This document shows, in pieces, positions 9,446-19,685 of a stretch of 64,000 nt of DNA; within the stretch, counting starts at the first letter, position 1; every line of letters begins with the position of its first letter. Below the pieces are notes generated by a model. It saw only the letters and a list, made by a program, of their open reading frames with translations, was not told where the DNA came from and ran no database searches. The stretch comes from a virus, in IMG/VR virus record IMGVR_UViG_3300020394_000267, positions 1 to 64,000 of that record; one strand, 5' to 3'. The position numbers and the translations under genes were made by a program.

Positions 9446-10371
9446 GTGAGTTTTTATGGGTAGAGAAGTATAGACCCCAAACTATTTCCGATTGCATTTT
9501 ACCAGATGGTCTGAAACAAACTTTCCAAGAGTATGTGGATGCTGGTGAAATATCTAATATGCTTTTGTGTGGGACTGCTGGTACAGGTAAGACCACGGTG
9601 GCGAGAGCACTTTGTAATGAACTTGGTTGTGACTATATTGTTATCAACGGTTCGGATGAAAGTGGTATCGATGTATTGCGTACTAAGATAAGAGACTTTG
9701 CGAGTACAGTCAGTTTTGAAAGTAAGGCGAAGGTTGTCATCCTAGACGAGGCAGACTATCTAAATCCAAACTCAACTCAACCAGCACTTAGAGCTTTTAT
9801 TGAAGAGTTTTCTGGCAATTGCAGATTTATTTTCACATGCAATTTCAAGAATCGAATCATCGAACCTCTTCACAGTAGAACATCTGTTATCGATTTTAAA
9901 ATTGATAAGAAAGATAGACCAGAAATGGCACAGAAGTTCATGGGAAGGATGCAGTATATCCTAACCAGCGAAAATATTCCATACGAACAGAATGTTCTCG
10001 CGGAACTATTGATGAAACACTTCCCAGACTATCGTAGGGTTATTAATGAACTCCAGAGATATTCTAAGAGTGGTTCTATCGATAGTGGTATCCTAAGTAA
10101 CATCGCTGAGATAAACACTAAGGGATTGATTGACAGTCTCAAGGATAAGGATTGGAAGAAGATGAGACAATGGGTAGTCAACAATGTTGACAATGACCCA
10201 CAAGGTGTCTACAGGAAGGTCTATGATGCTCTTATCGATAAGGTGAAACAAGTACCCCACTTGGTACTATTGATTGCCGACTATCAGTACAAGAGTGCAT
10301 TTGTGGCAGACCAAGAGATTAACTTGACCGCGTGTCTAACTGATATCATGGCGAGTGTTGAATTTAAATGA
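9442..10371 (+). CDS. gp44: Clamp loader large subunit gp44
   Basis: LWVEKYRP, GTAGTGKTT, ILDEAD, SR motifs. Confidence 0.97.
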   Translation: MSEFLWVEKYRPQTISDCILPDGLKQTFQEYVDAGEISNMLLCGTAGTGKTTVARALCNELGCDYIVINGSDESGIDVLRTKIRDFASTVSFESKAKVVILDEADYLNPNSTQPALRAFIEEFSGNCRFIFTCNFKNRIIEPLHSRTSVIDFKIDKKDRPEMAQKFMGRMQYILTSENIPYEQNVLAELLMKHFPDYRRVINELQRYSKSGSIDSGILSNIAEINTKGLIDSLKDKDWKKMRQWVVNNVDNDPQGVYRKVYDALIDKVKQVPHLVLLIADYQYKSAFVADQEINLTACLTDIMASVEFK

Positions 10372-10811
10372 TTGAAGGATTAGGTGAACCAGTAAAGACC
10401 TATGATGCTGAAGAGTTCAAGGTAAAGAAAAAAGCAATCAGTCCCTTTGACTTTGCGAACAGTATCAACTACACCAAAGAGAATCTTATGGTGGATGATT
10501 GGTCTGAAAAACAATACAATGCTTTCATTATAAACAAGTCATTGTCTCATGGCATTGATACGGTTGTGGCAGCTAATGAAATGAATGCTAGACCACACTT
10601 GGATGCGAAACTTCAGTATGATTTCTTACAGGGGTTTGTTCGCAAAAAGAAAAGATTTAATAAATGGTTGAAGGCAGAGAAGGAAGAAAACCTAGAGATT
10701 ATCAAGGAATACTTTGGTTATAGTAATGTTCGAGCACAAGAGGTATTGCGTATTCTCAGTGACGAAGACATTGTGGAGATAAAAAAACTTTTAAACAAAG
10801 GTGGAAAATAA
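10368..10811 (+). CDS. gp62: Clamp loader small subunit gp62
   Basis: QYDFL...RKKKRFNKWLK, YFGYS; synteny. Confidence 0.93.
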   Translation: MIEGLGEPVKTYDAEEFKVKKKAISPFDFANSINYTKENLMVDDWSEKQYNAFIINKSLSHGIDTVVAANEMNARPHLDAKLQYDFLQGFVRKKKRFNKWLKAEKEENLEIIKEYFGYSNVRAQEVLRILSDEDIVEIKKLLNKGGK

Positions 10812-10862
10812 GGAAATCATAAATACTTTCATATAAATTAACAAAATTATGAAGGTATTATC

Positions 10863-11279
10863 ATGGTGGATGAGTTTTTCGACATTGACTTTCCCGATTA
10901 CAAACCAGTAGAAATTATTTTAGAAAAGGAAGATGACTTCCTAAAGGTAAGGGAAACTTTGTCACGCATTGGAGTGGCATCTAAAAAGGACAAGACATTA
11001 TATCAGTCTTGCCATATTCTCCATAAACAAGGTAGATATTTTATTACGCATTTCAAGGAGCTCTTTGCGCTAGATGGCAAGGAAGCTGACTTGACTGAAA
11101 ATGACTTAAAAAGAAGGAACGCAATTGCTAAACTGCTGAGCGATTGGGGTTTAGTAAAAATTCTGGATAAGTCTATTGAAGAAGAACTGGCTCCTATGAG
11201 TCAGATAAAAATTCTTTCTTTCAAAGAGAAAGATGAATGGACTCTCGTAACGAAATACAATATCGGGAGAAAACGATAA
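10863..11279 (+). CDS. regA: Translational repressor RegA
   Basis: DDFLKVRETLSRIG, LYQSCHILHKQGRYFITHFKELF. Confidence 0.97.
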   Translation: MVDEFFDIDFPDYKPVEIILEKEDDFLKVRETLSRIGVASKKDKTLYQSCHILHKQGRYFITHFKELFALDGKEADLTENDLKRRNAIAKLLSDWGLVKILDKSIEEELAPMSQIKILSFKEKDEWTLVTKYNIGRKR

Positions 11280-11300
11280 CCTTAATCTAGGAGAAATCTT

Positions 11301-11597
11301 ATGAAAAAACTAGTGACCCTTGGCGTGGTCGCAATGGCTTTATTTGTGCCCGTTGAGGCACTCGCAGATAAAAATGGTGAACTCCATGCACTCTGCAAAA
11401 AAGAAATTAAATCCCAAACAGGTGGATTCGGTCAATTACGAGGAATCAAAACCTTTAGGGGTAACATGACTGCTAAGTATCGTGTACGCGGTGCGGATGT
11501 AGATTATGTAAATTGTATTATGGGGAAAGACGAAAATGCTGTTATATTAATTGACAGGACTACATCACAACCATTGAGTTTAATTGCAAAAAGATAA
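11301..11597 (+). CDS. Secreted hypothetical protein
   Basis: Signal peptide ending ALA, two Cys, AGGAG RBS. Confidence 0.65.
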   Translation: MKKLVTLGVVAMALFVPVEALADKNGELHALCKKEIKSQTGGFGQLRGIKTFRGNMTAKYRVRGADVDYVNCIMGKDENAVILIDRTTSQPLSLIAKR

Positions 11598-11636
11598 AAT
11601 TTTTTGCTTGACTTTTGAAAAATAGTCCCCATATTA

Positions 11637-11701
11637 TATAAATATAGTAGTAGATGCTCGGGTGAGGTCTACACTTTAACTCGCTTAATAAGGAGGAAAA
11701 C
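11637..11701 (+). promoter_or_regulatory. Late promoter plus ROSE-like RNA thermometer in the hsp20 leader
   Basis: TATAAATA 11637-11644; CTCGCTT (11680-86) pairs with AAGGAG SD leaving a bulged G. Confidence 0.6.
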
Positions 11702-12151
11702 ATGAACACATTAAGCACACAAGCGCATTGGGACAATCTTGTCTCTGCATTTCCACACATTCGCAGACAATTCGTAGGGTTCGATAGAGTGATTGATTTA
11801 CTCAACCAGAACTTTGAGTTGAATGTGAATTCATACCCACCTTTCAACATCGAAAAATTGGATGACGAAAACTACGAGATTCAAATGGCTCTCGCTGGAT
11901 TTAAAGAATCTGATTTAACTGTTGAGGTCAAGGACGGTACGCTTACTGTTGAGGGGAATCAAGAGTCTTCTGAAGAAACTGATTACATTCATCAAGGCAT
12001 TGCCGAAAGAAAATTCAAAAAGTCATGGAGTCTCGCTGACACAGTTGTTGTAGATGGCGCGAAGTTGACAGACGGAATTCTTAGAGTTGCTCTGAAGAAT
12101 ATCATTCCAGAAGAGAAGAAACCGCAAACAATTAAAATTGCAACCAAGTAA
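11702..12151 (+). CDS. hsp20: Small heat shock protein Hsp20 (IbpA-like)
   Basis: YPPFNI, ALAGF, HQGIAERKF, DGIL, IPEEKKP. Confidence 0.95.
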   Translation: MNTLSTQAHWDNLVSAFPHIRRQFVGFDRVIDLLNQNFELNVNSYPPFNIEKLDDENYEIQMALAGFKESDLTVEVKDGTLTVEGNQESSEETDYIHQGIAERKFKKSWSLADTVVVDGAKLTDGILRVALKNIIPEEKKPQTIKIATK

Positions 12152-12157
12152 CCAACA

Positions 12158-12179
12158 GGGGGGCATTGCCCCCCACTTT
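12158..12179 (+). terminator. Probable intrinsic terminator
   Basis: GGGGG-CATTG-CCCCC hairpin followed by ACTTT. Confidence 0.5.
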
Positions 12180-12310
12180 AAGGAGAGAAATGAAAGAGAA
12201 GTTTGTATTCCGTAAATTTAATACATACGGAATCTATGTTATATCATTAGTTACATTTGTAACCATGATATATAGCTTAGGTCAACTTATTTAATTATTA
12301 GAGGATTGTT

Positions 12311-12718
12311 ATGACAAAAAAGAAAAGTGAAAAAAAAGTAATCGCTGAAGAAAAAGTGGACATTCCACCAGAGGAGATTACACGCGAACAAACTGAAGAT
12401 GCTCCAACACAAATTGTTGGCATTAAATGTTCTGGTATGGAAGAAATGATTTGTTATCTGCAAAAGGATGACCAAGGTGGTAGGTATATGATTACTAACC
12501 CTGCTAACATCAAATATATTCCAGCAGAAGGAAAACAAGGTCAGTTTAAAATAGCATTTGTTCCACAGTCACCAGCAAGTAAAGGTGTAATTTTTGTTCC
12601 ATATGGACAACTAGAGTATATCTTTGAACCCAAAGAAGATTTGGTGAAAGAGTGGCAAGCTAAATTTACTCACACCCAATCTACAGAGATGAAAACAAAA
12701 CCGAAATTTACTGGATAA
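12311..12718 (+). CDS. Hypothetical protein (Sm-like fold possible)
   Basis: GAGG RBS; typical small gene upstream of gp43. Confidence 0.7.
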   Translation: MTKKKSEKKVIAEEKVDIPPEEITREQTEDAPTQIVGIKCSGMEEMICYLQKDDQGGRYMITNPANIKYIPAEGKQGQFKIAFVPQSPASKGVIFVPYGQLEYIFEPKEDLVKEWQAKFTHTQSTEMKTKPKFTG

Positions 12719-12780
12719 ATTGCTTGACTTCTGATACACATTCGTGTATACTATCCTATAAATGATGAATCGGTTTTATT

Positions 12781-15285
12781 ATGTCTAATTTTTATACTTA
12801 TGCGTGGCAATATGGAAATTCCATCCTTACTCGTGGAGTGAGGAATGGTGAGCGTTTTACTGAAAAACATCCATTTCAACCAACCTTGTATGTCAGAAGT
12901 AATGAACCTTCTGAATTTACTAACATTGATGGTCATTATCTAAAACCAATTCAGTTTGGAGATAATGGCGACTGCAAAGAATTCCTAGACAAATACTCTA
13001 AGGTAGATAACTACCCCATCTATGGTCAAACTGATTTGACCTATCAGTATTTGTCTTCTATGTATCCGCAAGATATTGAGTTTGACCTCAGTAAGATGCG
13101 GATTTTTTCAATTGATATTGAGACAACTGCCGAACACGGTTTCCCAGATACGGAGAATCCTATCGAAGAGGTTCTTCTTATTACACTCGTAGACAACTAC
13201 ACCAAAGAAATATTTACTTGGGGTTCTGGTGAGTGGAAGCCTGGCGAAGAAACAAAAGACCTCAATGTCACTTACACTTATTGTTCCGATGAGTATGACT
13301 TGTTGGAAAAATTCATGACATGGTGGGCACAAGACTATCCCGATGTAGTTACTGGATGGAACCTAGAACTATTCGATATGCCATATTTGGTTGGTAGAAT
13401 CGACAGAATGTTTGGTAACAACGCGAAGAACAATCTCAGTCCATATGGGATGACTAGGAAGAAAGTCATCAAGGGTCACAACAATCGTGAATTGTTGAAG
13501 GTTGATATGAAGGGTATCATTCAACTTGACTACATGGATTTGTACAAAAAGTTTACTTATACTTTCCAAGAAAGTTATCGACTTGATTACATTGCCGAGG
13601 TAGAACTTGGTAAGAAGAAATTGGAAAGTGGATACGAAACATTCCGCGAGTTCTATGAGAATGATTGGAATCGATTCATTGACTATAACATCATCGATAC
13701 TGTTCTGGTTGACGAACTTGATGACAAGATGAAATTCTTGGAACTGATTATCACAATGGGATATGACTGTAAATGTAATTACAATGATATCTTTTCATCT
13801 GTGAGAACTTGGGATTGTTTGTTATTCAATCATCTACTTGAAAAGAACATTATGATTCCTCAGAAGAAGGAACACTTCTCTAAGGGATTTGCTGGTGGTT
13901 ATGTGCAAGACCCGAAGGTGGGTAAGTACAAGTGGGTTGTATCAGTTGATGCGACTTCTCTGTATCCATCTATCATCATGCAACATAATCTATCACCAGA
14001 GATGTTGGCAGAGGGACATAAACCTCTGGACTGTACGGTTGATAGTATTCTGGAAAGGAAACATGTTCTCAAGAGGTTGAAGGAAGCAGACTTATCCATG
14101 GCAGCCAACGGTTATATGTTTGCTAGAAACACGCAAGGATTCATGGCAGAAATTACTCAGAAGTTTTTTGATGACAGACAGAAGTACAAAAAACTCATGA
14201 AGAAGGCAGAACAGGATTTTGAGGATACCAAGAATCCAGAACTCAAGAAAGATATTGCGAAGTTCAACAACTTCCAGATGGCAAGAAAGATTCAATTGAA
14301 CTCTCTCTTTGGTGCGATAGGTAACAAGTGGTTCAGATATTTCGATGAACGCATCGCAGAGGCAATCACACTAACTGGTCAGTTAATCATTCGTGATACT
14401 GGTAAGGCAGTTGATGAGTTTCTAAACAAGTTTCTTGGTACAGAGGATGTTGAGTATTCTTTCTATACTGATACTGACAGTTGTTATGTGACTCTTGATA
14501 AGATGGTGGAAGAACATCTACAGGGTAAATCTCGTGATGAGATTATTAACATACTTGACAACTTTGTCGAGAACAAACTAGAACCAGCAATCAATGGTAG
14601 AATGGTTGAACTTGGTGAGTACATGAATGTATTCCAACCCAAGATATTCTTCAAACGCGAGGCGATTGCGGATACTGGTATCTGGGTTGCAAAGAAAAGA
14701 TATGCACTAAATGTATGGGACAATGAAGGTGTTCGATACAAGGAACCTAAACTCAAGGTGATGGGTCTGGAGATTGTAAGGTCTTCTACACCAGCACCAG
14801 TTAGGGAAAGTCTCAAACATGCAGTTGAGTTATGTTTGAACAAGGATGAAAAAGAATTACAGGAGTTTGTTGAGGATACATGGCAGGCATTTAGTAAAAT
14901 GTCTCCAGAAGAAATTGCCTTCCCACGCGGATGTAACAACATTGATAAGTATGCCTCAAGAGAAACAGTTTATACCAAAGGAACACCGATGCATGTTCGG
15001 GGTGCCTTGGTTTACAATCACTTGCTTAGGACTCAGAAACTAGAGAAGAAGTATCAAACCATTCAAGATGGTGACAAGATTAAATTCCTCTATCTGAAAG
15101 AACCTAACCATGTGAGAGAAAATACCGTGGCGATGAATGGTCTTATGCCGAAAGAGTTCGACTTGCATCGTTACATTGATTATGAAACAATGTTTGAGAA
15201 AGCATTTATTGACCCATTGACTACTATAGTCACCAGTTTGGATTGGAAGACTAGACCAGTAGCAACATTGGAGTCGTTATTTTAG
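12781..15285 (+). CDS. gp43: Family B DNA polymerase gp43
   Basis: DIET exonuclease motif, DATSLYPS, KIQLNSLFG, YTDTDS; no intein or intron seen. Confidence 0.98.
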   Translation: MSNFYTYAWQYGNSILTRGVRNGERFTEKHPFQPTLYVRSNEPSEFTNIDGHYLKPIQFGDNGDCKEFLDKYSKVDNYPIYGQTDLTYQYLSSMYPQDIEFDLSKMRIFSIDIETTAEHGFPDTENPIEEVLLITLVDNYTKEIFTWGSGEWKPGEETKDLNVTYTYCSDEYDLLEKFMTWWAQDYPDVVTGWNLELFDMPYLVGRIDRMFGNNAKNNLSPYGMTRKKVIKGHNNRELLKVDMKGIIQLDYMDLYKKFTYTFQESYRLDYIAEVELGKKKLESGYETFREFYENDWNRFIDYNIIDTVLVDELDDKMKFLELIITMGYDCKCNYNDIFSSVRTWDCLLFNHLLEKNIMIPQKKEHFSKGFAGGYVQDPKVGKYKWVVSVDATSLYPSIIMQHNLSPEMLAEGHKPLDCTVDSILERKHVLKRLKEADLSMAANGYMFARNTQGFMAEITQKFFDDRQKYKKLMKKAEQDFEDTKNPELKKDIAKFNNFQMARKIQLNSLFGAIGNKWFRYFDERIAEAITLTGQLIIRDTGKAVDEFLNKFLGTEDVEYSFYTDTDSCYVTLDKMVEEHLQGKSRDEIINILDNFVENKLEPAINGRMVELGEYMNVFQPKIFFKREAIADTGIWVAKKRYALNVWDNEGVRYKEPKLKVMGLEIVRSSTPAPVRESLKHAVELCLNKDEKELQEFVEDTWQAFSKMSPEEIAFPRGCNNIDKYASRETVYTKGTPMHVRGALVYNHLLRTQKLEKKYQTIQDGDKIKFLYLKEPNHVRENTVAMNGLMPKEFDLHRYIDYETMFEKAFIDPLTTIVTSLDWKTRPVATLESLF

Positions 15286-15293
15286 GAGTGAAT

Positions 15294-16352
15294 ATGAGCA
15301 CATTAGATAAATTAAAAAAGAACTCAACGATAAAACAAACTGAAGTTTTATCCAAGAGTAAATTTCTGAACAACAAAGATATAGTTCAGACAACTGTACC
15401 CGCCTTGAATGTGGCATTGAGTGGTAAGTTGGATGGTGGGTTGAGTACAGGTCTAACAGTTTTTGCTGGCCCATCCAAACATTTCAAGACTGCTTTTGCC
15501 ATGTTATTGTCAAAATCTTATTTAGATAAATACGATGATGGAGTGGTGTTATTTTATGATTCAGAGTTCGGCGCTCCTCAAGGATATTTCGACAGTTTCG
15601 GCATAGATACAGATAGGGTTGTTCATACACCTGTCACGGACATAGAACAACTCAAGCACGATGTGATGTCCCAACTCCAAGGTATCGAAAGAGGTGACCG
15701 AGTAATTATTATTGTGGACTCAGTAGGTAACCTTGCCTCGCGTAAAGAAGTTGATGATGCGCTTGATGGTAAATCGGTTGCCGATATGACTCGTGCAAAA
15801 CAAATGAAATCCCTGTTTCGTATGGTGACTCCTCACCTAACAATCAAAGATATTCCAGCGGTGGTTGTAAACCACACATATAAAGAAATTGGCTTGTTCC
15901 CCAAAGATGTAGTGTCTGGGGGAACTGGTGTATATTATAGTGCTGACAATATCTTTATCATTGGAAGACAACAAGAGAAACAAGGGAAGGATGTTGTAGG
16001 ATACAACTTTATTATTAATGTCGAGAAGTCAAGATTTGTTCGGGAGAAGTCGCGTATACCCATCGAGGTTACTTGGGAAGGTGGCATTAGCAAGTGGTCT
16101 GGTCTCCTTGATATGGCTCTTGAGTCTGGTCATGTTGTCAAACCATCAAACGGATGGTATGCGAAATCTGGTGACGATGATGCGCCGAAATTCAGACTTA
16201 AAGATACATACAACAAGGATTTCTGGATTCCAATCCTTAGTGACAAAACTTTCATCCAGTGGATTGAGGACAGATACTTGATGTCTGCTGACTCTATTAT
16301 GCAGTCAGAGGTGAGTGAAGAGGACATACAGGATGCCTACTCCGAAGTGTGA
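15294..16352 (+). CDS. uvsX: RecA-like recombinase UvsX
   Basis: AGPSKHFKT, YDSEFG, VEKSRFVREKS. Confidence 0.97.
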   Translation: MSTLDKLKKNSTIKQTEVLSKSKFLNNKDIVQTTVPALNVALSGKLDGGLSTGLTVFAGPSKHFKTAFAMLLSKSYLDKYDDGVVLFYDSEFGAPQGYFDSFGIDTDRVVHTPVTDIEQLKHDVMSQLQGIERGDRVIIIVDSVGNLASRKEVDDALDGKSVADMTRAKQMKSLFRMVTPHLTIKDIPAVVVNHTYKEIGLFPKDVVSGGTGVYYSADNIFIIGRQQEKQGKDVVGYNFIINVEKSRFVREKSRIPIEVTWEGGISKWSGLLDMALESGHVVKPSNGWYAKSGDDDAPKFRLKDTYNKDFWIPILSDKTFIQWIEDRYLMSADSIMQSEVSEEDIQDAYSEV

Positions 16353-16509
16353 TAGGTGTGGGACTGGCATTGATTTAGAAAACGATGCTGGAATATGTTT
16401 TCGACACGCGGATGGAGAAGCATATCTCTGTGAGAAGTGTGTTGAAGAAGTGAAGGAAGATTTTTATAATGAGATTAGAACAAACAATACTATCGAATCT
16501 GATACATAA
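16333..16509 (+). CDS. Small zinc-finger protein
   Basis: CDRC...CEKC; bridges the uvsX-gp41 gap. Confidence 0.55.
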   Translation: MPTPKCDRCGTGIDLENDAGICFRHADGEAYLCEKCVEEVKEDFYNEIRTNNTIESDT

Positions 16510-17848
16510 CGAAGAGTATGTCAGACAATCAATTGCACATTTAAAGGCATCTTATTTCTTAGATGCTGAATACCGTGAAGTATTCAAATGTGTTCGTGAT
16601 TATGTTACTGCATATAATTCACCACCACAAGTCAGTGCAATTAAAATTGCCTTACAAGATAACAGAAAGATTACTGAAGACCTCTATGAAAAATGTGAGG
16701 GACTTATCAATAGTCTTGGTGAATCGGATGTTGATAACAGATGGTTGATTGACCAGACAGAAAAGTTCTGTAAAGACAAGGCAGTTTACAATGCTATCAT
16801 GCAATCTATTCAGATTATCGATGGACAGGATAAAACACATTCAGTAGATGCTCTGCCTTCTATATTGTCCGATGCTCTTAGTGTTGGGTTTGATAATAAC
16901 ATTGGTCACGATTATGTGGGTGATGCTGAACAACGATTTGATTTCTATCATAGACACGAAGAGAAGTTGCCATTTGACCTAGAGTATTTCAACAAGATTA
17001 CTGAAGGTGGATTGATAAACAAGACACTTAATATCGCTCTTGCTGGTACAGGTGTTGGTAAATCTCTTTTCATGTGTCATGTGGGTGCATCCATGATTGC
17101 TCAAGGTAAGAATGTTTTGTATATCACATTGGAAATGGCAGAGGAAAGAATCGCTGAAAGAATTGATGCGAACATGATGGATGTTTCCATGCAAGATTTG
17201 AGAGACTTATCCAAGTCCATGTACACAGACCGTATTCAGAAAATCAAAAACAAAGTTGACGGTAGATTGATTGTCAAAGAATATCCAACTGCTACTGCTC
17301 ATGCTGGTCATTTCAGAGCACTTCTTGAAGAGTTGAAACTCAAACAAAATTTCTATCCAGACATAATCTTTATCGACTATCTAAACATTTGTGTAAGTCA
17401 AAGACTCAGAAATAATGCTGGTGCAAACTCATATACCATAGTCAAGGCAATCGCTGAGGAACTAAGGGGACTGGCAGTAGAGTATGATTTACCAATAGTA
17501 TCCGCAACCCAGACCACGCGAGGTGGGTTTAACAACAGTGATGTTGATTTGACGGATACTTCAGAAAGTTTTGGACTGCCTGCAACCGCAGACTTGATGT
17601 TTGCTCTTATAAGTACAGAAGAGTTAGAACAACAAGGTCATATGATGGTCAAACAGTTGAAGAATAGATACAGTGACCCTACAAGAAACAAACGATTTAT
17701 GATTGGTGTTGACAGGGCGAAGATGAGATTGTTTGATTTGGATGATGCTCAACAAAATCTGGTAGACTCTGGACAGGAAGATGACCAACCAGTATTTGAT
17801 AAAGGAAGTTTCGGCACTCGTATGAACTTGTCGGATATAAAAGTATAA
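16469..17848 (+). CDS. gp41: Replicative helicase gp41
   Basis: AGTGVGKSL, LEMAEERI, SATQTTR, SESFGLP, QLKNRY. Confidence 0.98.
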   Translation: MRLEQTILSNLIHNEEYVRQSIAHLKASYFLDAEYREVFKCVRDYVTAYNSPPQVSAIKIALQDNRKITEDLYEKCEGLINSLGESDVDNRWLIDQTEKFCKDKAVYNAIMQSIQIIDGQDKTHSVDALPSILSDALSVGFDNNIGHDYVGDAEQRFDFYHRHEEKLPFDLEYFNKITEGGLINKTLNIALAGTGVGKSLFMCHVGASMIAQGKNVLYITLEMAEERIAERIDANMMDVSMQDLRDLSKSMYTDRIQKIKNKVDGRLIVKEYPTATAHAGHFRALLEELKLKQNFYPDIIFIDYLNICVSQRLRNNAGANSYTIVKAIAEELRGLAVEYDLPIVSATQTTRGGFNNSDVDLTDTSESFGLPATADLMFALISTEELEQQGHMMVKQLKNRYSDPTRNKRFMIGVDRAKMRLFDLDDAQQNLVDSGQEDDQPVFDKGSFGTRMNLSDIKV

Positions 17849-17851
17849 ATA
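17844..17851 (+). promoter_or_regulatory. Late promoter TATAAATA (nearly leaderless mRNA)
   Basis: Exact consensus 5 nt before the ATG at 17857. Confidence 0.7.
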
Positions 17852-17856
17852 GTAAT

Positions 17857-18240
17857 ATGATTAGTAAAGTATTATTTGGTGTCATTTTAGCTGGTGGGAT
17901 TGTCGGGTATTTGTACTATACAAACACTCAGGCAGAACTCATTGAGCTTCGTGAATATAATATGGCGATGGAATTGCAAGTCGCTACACAAAATGAAACC
18001 ATTGATAAGATGTCTAAACAATACGAAACACAAGCAAAAGCGCTTGGTGAGTTGACTTCTAAGAATGCTGAGATTGAAGCGGAAATGACAAGATACCTTG
18101 ATATTTTTCGTAGACATGACCTTAGTAAACTTGCAGCTGCTAAACCAGGCCTAATTGAACCAAGGGTGAATAATGCAACAAAAGAAGTATTTGACAGCCT
18201 CGAAACTGATTCCAGTTTTGAGTTTGATGCTGATAATTAG
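17857..18240 (+). CDS. Putative inner-membrane spanin (i-spanin)
   Basis: N-terminal TM, periplasmic coiled coil, overlaps a lipoprotein gene, late promoter. Confidence 0.65.
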   Translation: MISKVLFGVILAGGIVGYLYYTNTQAELIELREYNMAMELQVATQNETIDKMSKQYETQAKALGELTSKNAEIEAEMTRYLDIFRRHDLSKLAAAKPGLIEPRVNNATKEVFDSLETDSSFEFDADN

Positions 18241-18592
18241 TGGTTGTTCTTTAATACCAAAACAACCGCGTGAGGTAGAAATCAAAACCGTAGAGGTGCG
18301 TATACCTATACAGCATCCTGTGTATCCTAGACCCATCGATATGAAAGAACCTAAGTGGTATGTCGTATCCGATAAAAATTTAGACGAATTTCTTACTAAG
18401 ATAGAAAAGGAATCTGGAAAGATGGTCTTTGTGGCCATGTCTGTTCCAGACTATGAGCTCATGGCGTATAATCTGCAAGAGATTAAACGATTCGTGAAAG
18501 AAACTAAAGAAGTGATTGTGTATTACAGAACTGTTATGTCAGATGATGAAGAACCATTAGGAGAAGAATCAAATGGCAAAGGAAACGATTGA
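18173..18592 (+). CDS. Putative outer-membrane spanin lipoprotein (o-spanin)
   Basis: Lipobox LIISGC, Pro-rich segment, overlap with i-spanin. Confidence 0.65.
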   Translation: MQQKKYLTASKLIPVLSLMLIISGCSLIPKQPREVEIKTVEVRIPIQHPVYPRPIDMKEPKWYVVSDKNLDEFLTKIEKESGKMVFVAMSVPDYELMAYNLQEIKRFVKETKEVIVYYRTVMSDDEEPLGEESNGKGND

Positions 18593-18965
18593 CACAGGAA
18601 CTAATAAGGTAGATGTTGATTTAGATAGATACACCGACTTAATTTTGAAACTTGACGAAGCGCAAGACAAGATTAGGGAGATGGAAAAAATCACAAAAGA
18701 GTTGAAGATTACAACCAAGGCTGCACAACCAAGTACAAAATTTTCATTTGGTGCTCTGTTTAGGGACGAGAACGATATCAACGAAAAATCCATCATAGGA
18801 TTTGCATCATTTATCATGATGCTCGCGTTTGGTATTGTTGACCTAGTAACAGGGTTTTGGGGTCAAGATATAACTATATCGGATACAATCTACACTTCAT
18901 TTGTGGTAGTCACATTGGGTGCTTTCGGGATTGCAGAAGCTGGTAAGGCATTCAGTAAACAATAA
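18573..18965 (+). CDS. Two-TM membrane protein, holin candidate
   Basis: Two C-terminal TM helices; lysis-gene context. Confidence 0.45.
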   Translation: MAKETIDTGTNKVDVDLDRYTDLILKLDEAQDKIREMEKITKELKITTKAAQPSTKFSFGALFRDENDINEKSIIGFASFIMMLAFGIVDLVTGFWGQDITISDTIYTSFVVVTLGAFGIAEAGKAFSKQ

Positions 18966-18992
18966 CCCCTAGATATAAGGAGAATAAAACTA

Positions 18993-19205
18993 GTGAAAAT
19001 TGCGGTTGGACTCGCAACGATTACTTTGCTAGCGGGATGTGCTAGCGGACAGGGTGTACCACCCACATTCAAAAACAATACAGATGATACTCTCATATAC
19101 TGCGAAACTATCGGTGGCGGTCATAAAGAGTGTCGAAGGATGCAAAAAGGGGAGGCTGTGAACAGGGTAAACCAGTTTTTAAACTCACCCAGAGCAAGAT
19201 TTTAA
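18993..19205 (+). CDS. Small lipoprotein
   Basis: Lipobox LLAGC; AGGAG RBS. Confidence 0.65.
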   Translation: MKIAVGLATITLLAGCASGQGVPPTFKNNTDDTLIYCETIGGGHKECRRMQKGEAVNRVNQFLNSPRARF

Positions 19206-19206
19206 G

Positions 19207-19293
19207 TAAGTTGTTGATTTAGAACGATATTTAATTTCACTTTTTTTCGCTTTGGCCCTTGACATTTGGGTCAAAATATGGGATCATGATCAT
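19207..19293 (+). promoter_or_regulatory. Early promoter (TTGACA-17-GATCAT) with reverse IHF site
   Basis: TAAGTTGTTGATT 19207-19219; -35 at 19259-19264; GATCATGATCAT from 19282. Confidence 0.8.
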
Positions 19294-19318
19294 ATAAATT
19301 AGAGAAGTGAGAGAAAAT

Positions 19319-19681
19319 ATGCAAAAAGAAATCGAAAACCTACTAACCTTAATCAACGAAGACTACGCGAGGTGGTCTACTCGTTCTTTTGAAGTCAATG
19401 ATTTTGGTGGAGAAGAAAGGCGAGATGCTCGCATTGCTGAGTTCGCTGATAAACTGGTTGTCAAAGAAGGTCAGAAATACATCAAGATTATTTCAGACAA
19501 TTCAGTCTGGGGATTCATTGTCAAGGGTGACAATGATAAGTTATTTCAAAAGGGTGATGTTTTAAAACCCGCTGGTTGGGCTGCCCCCGCTAGGAACAAA
19601 CCTAGAGGCAATGTTTTTGCCATGATGGAAGGTAAAGGAACTGGTTGGGTAAGATGGACTGGCCCTCAGTACTTACGGTAG
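19319..19681 (+). CDS. Conserved early phage protein
   Basis: KYIKI...GDVLKPAGWAAPA...RGN motif common in myophage early genes. Confidence 0.8.
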   Translation: MQKEIENLLTLINEDYARWSTRSFEVNDFGGEERRDARIAEFADKLVVKEGQKYIKIISDNSVWGFIVKGDNDKLFQKGDVLKPAGWAAPARNKPRGNVFAMMEGKGTGWVRWTGPQYLR

Positions 19682-19685
19682 GAGA

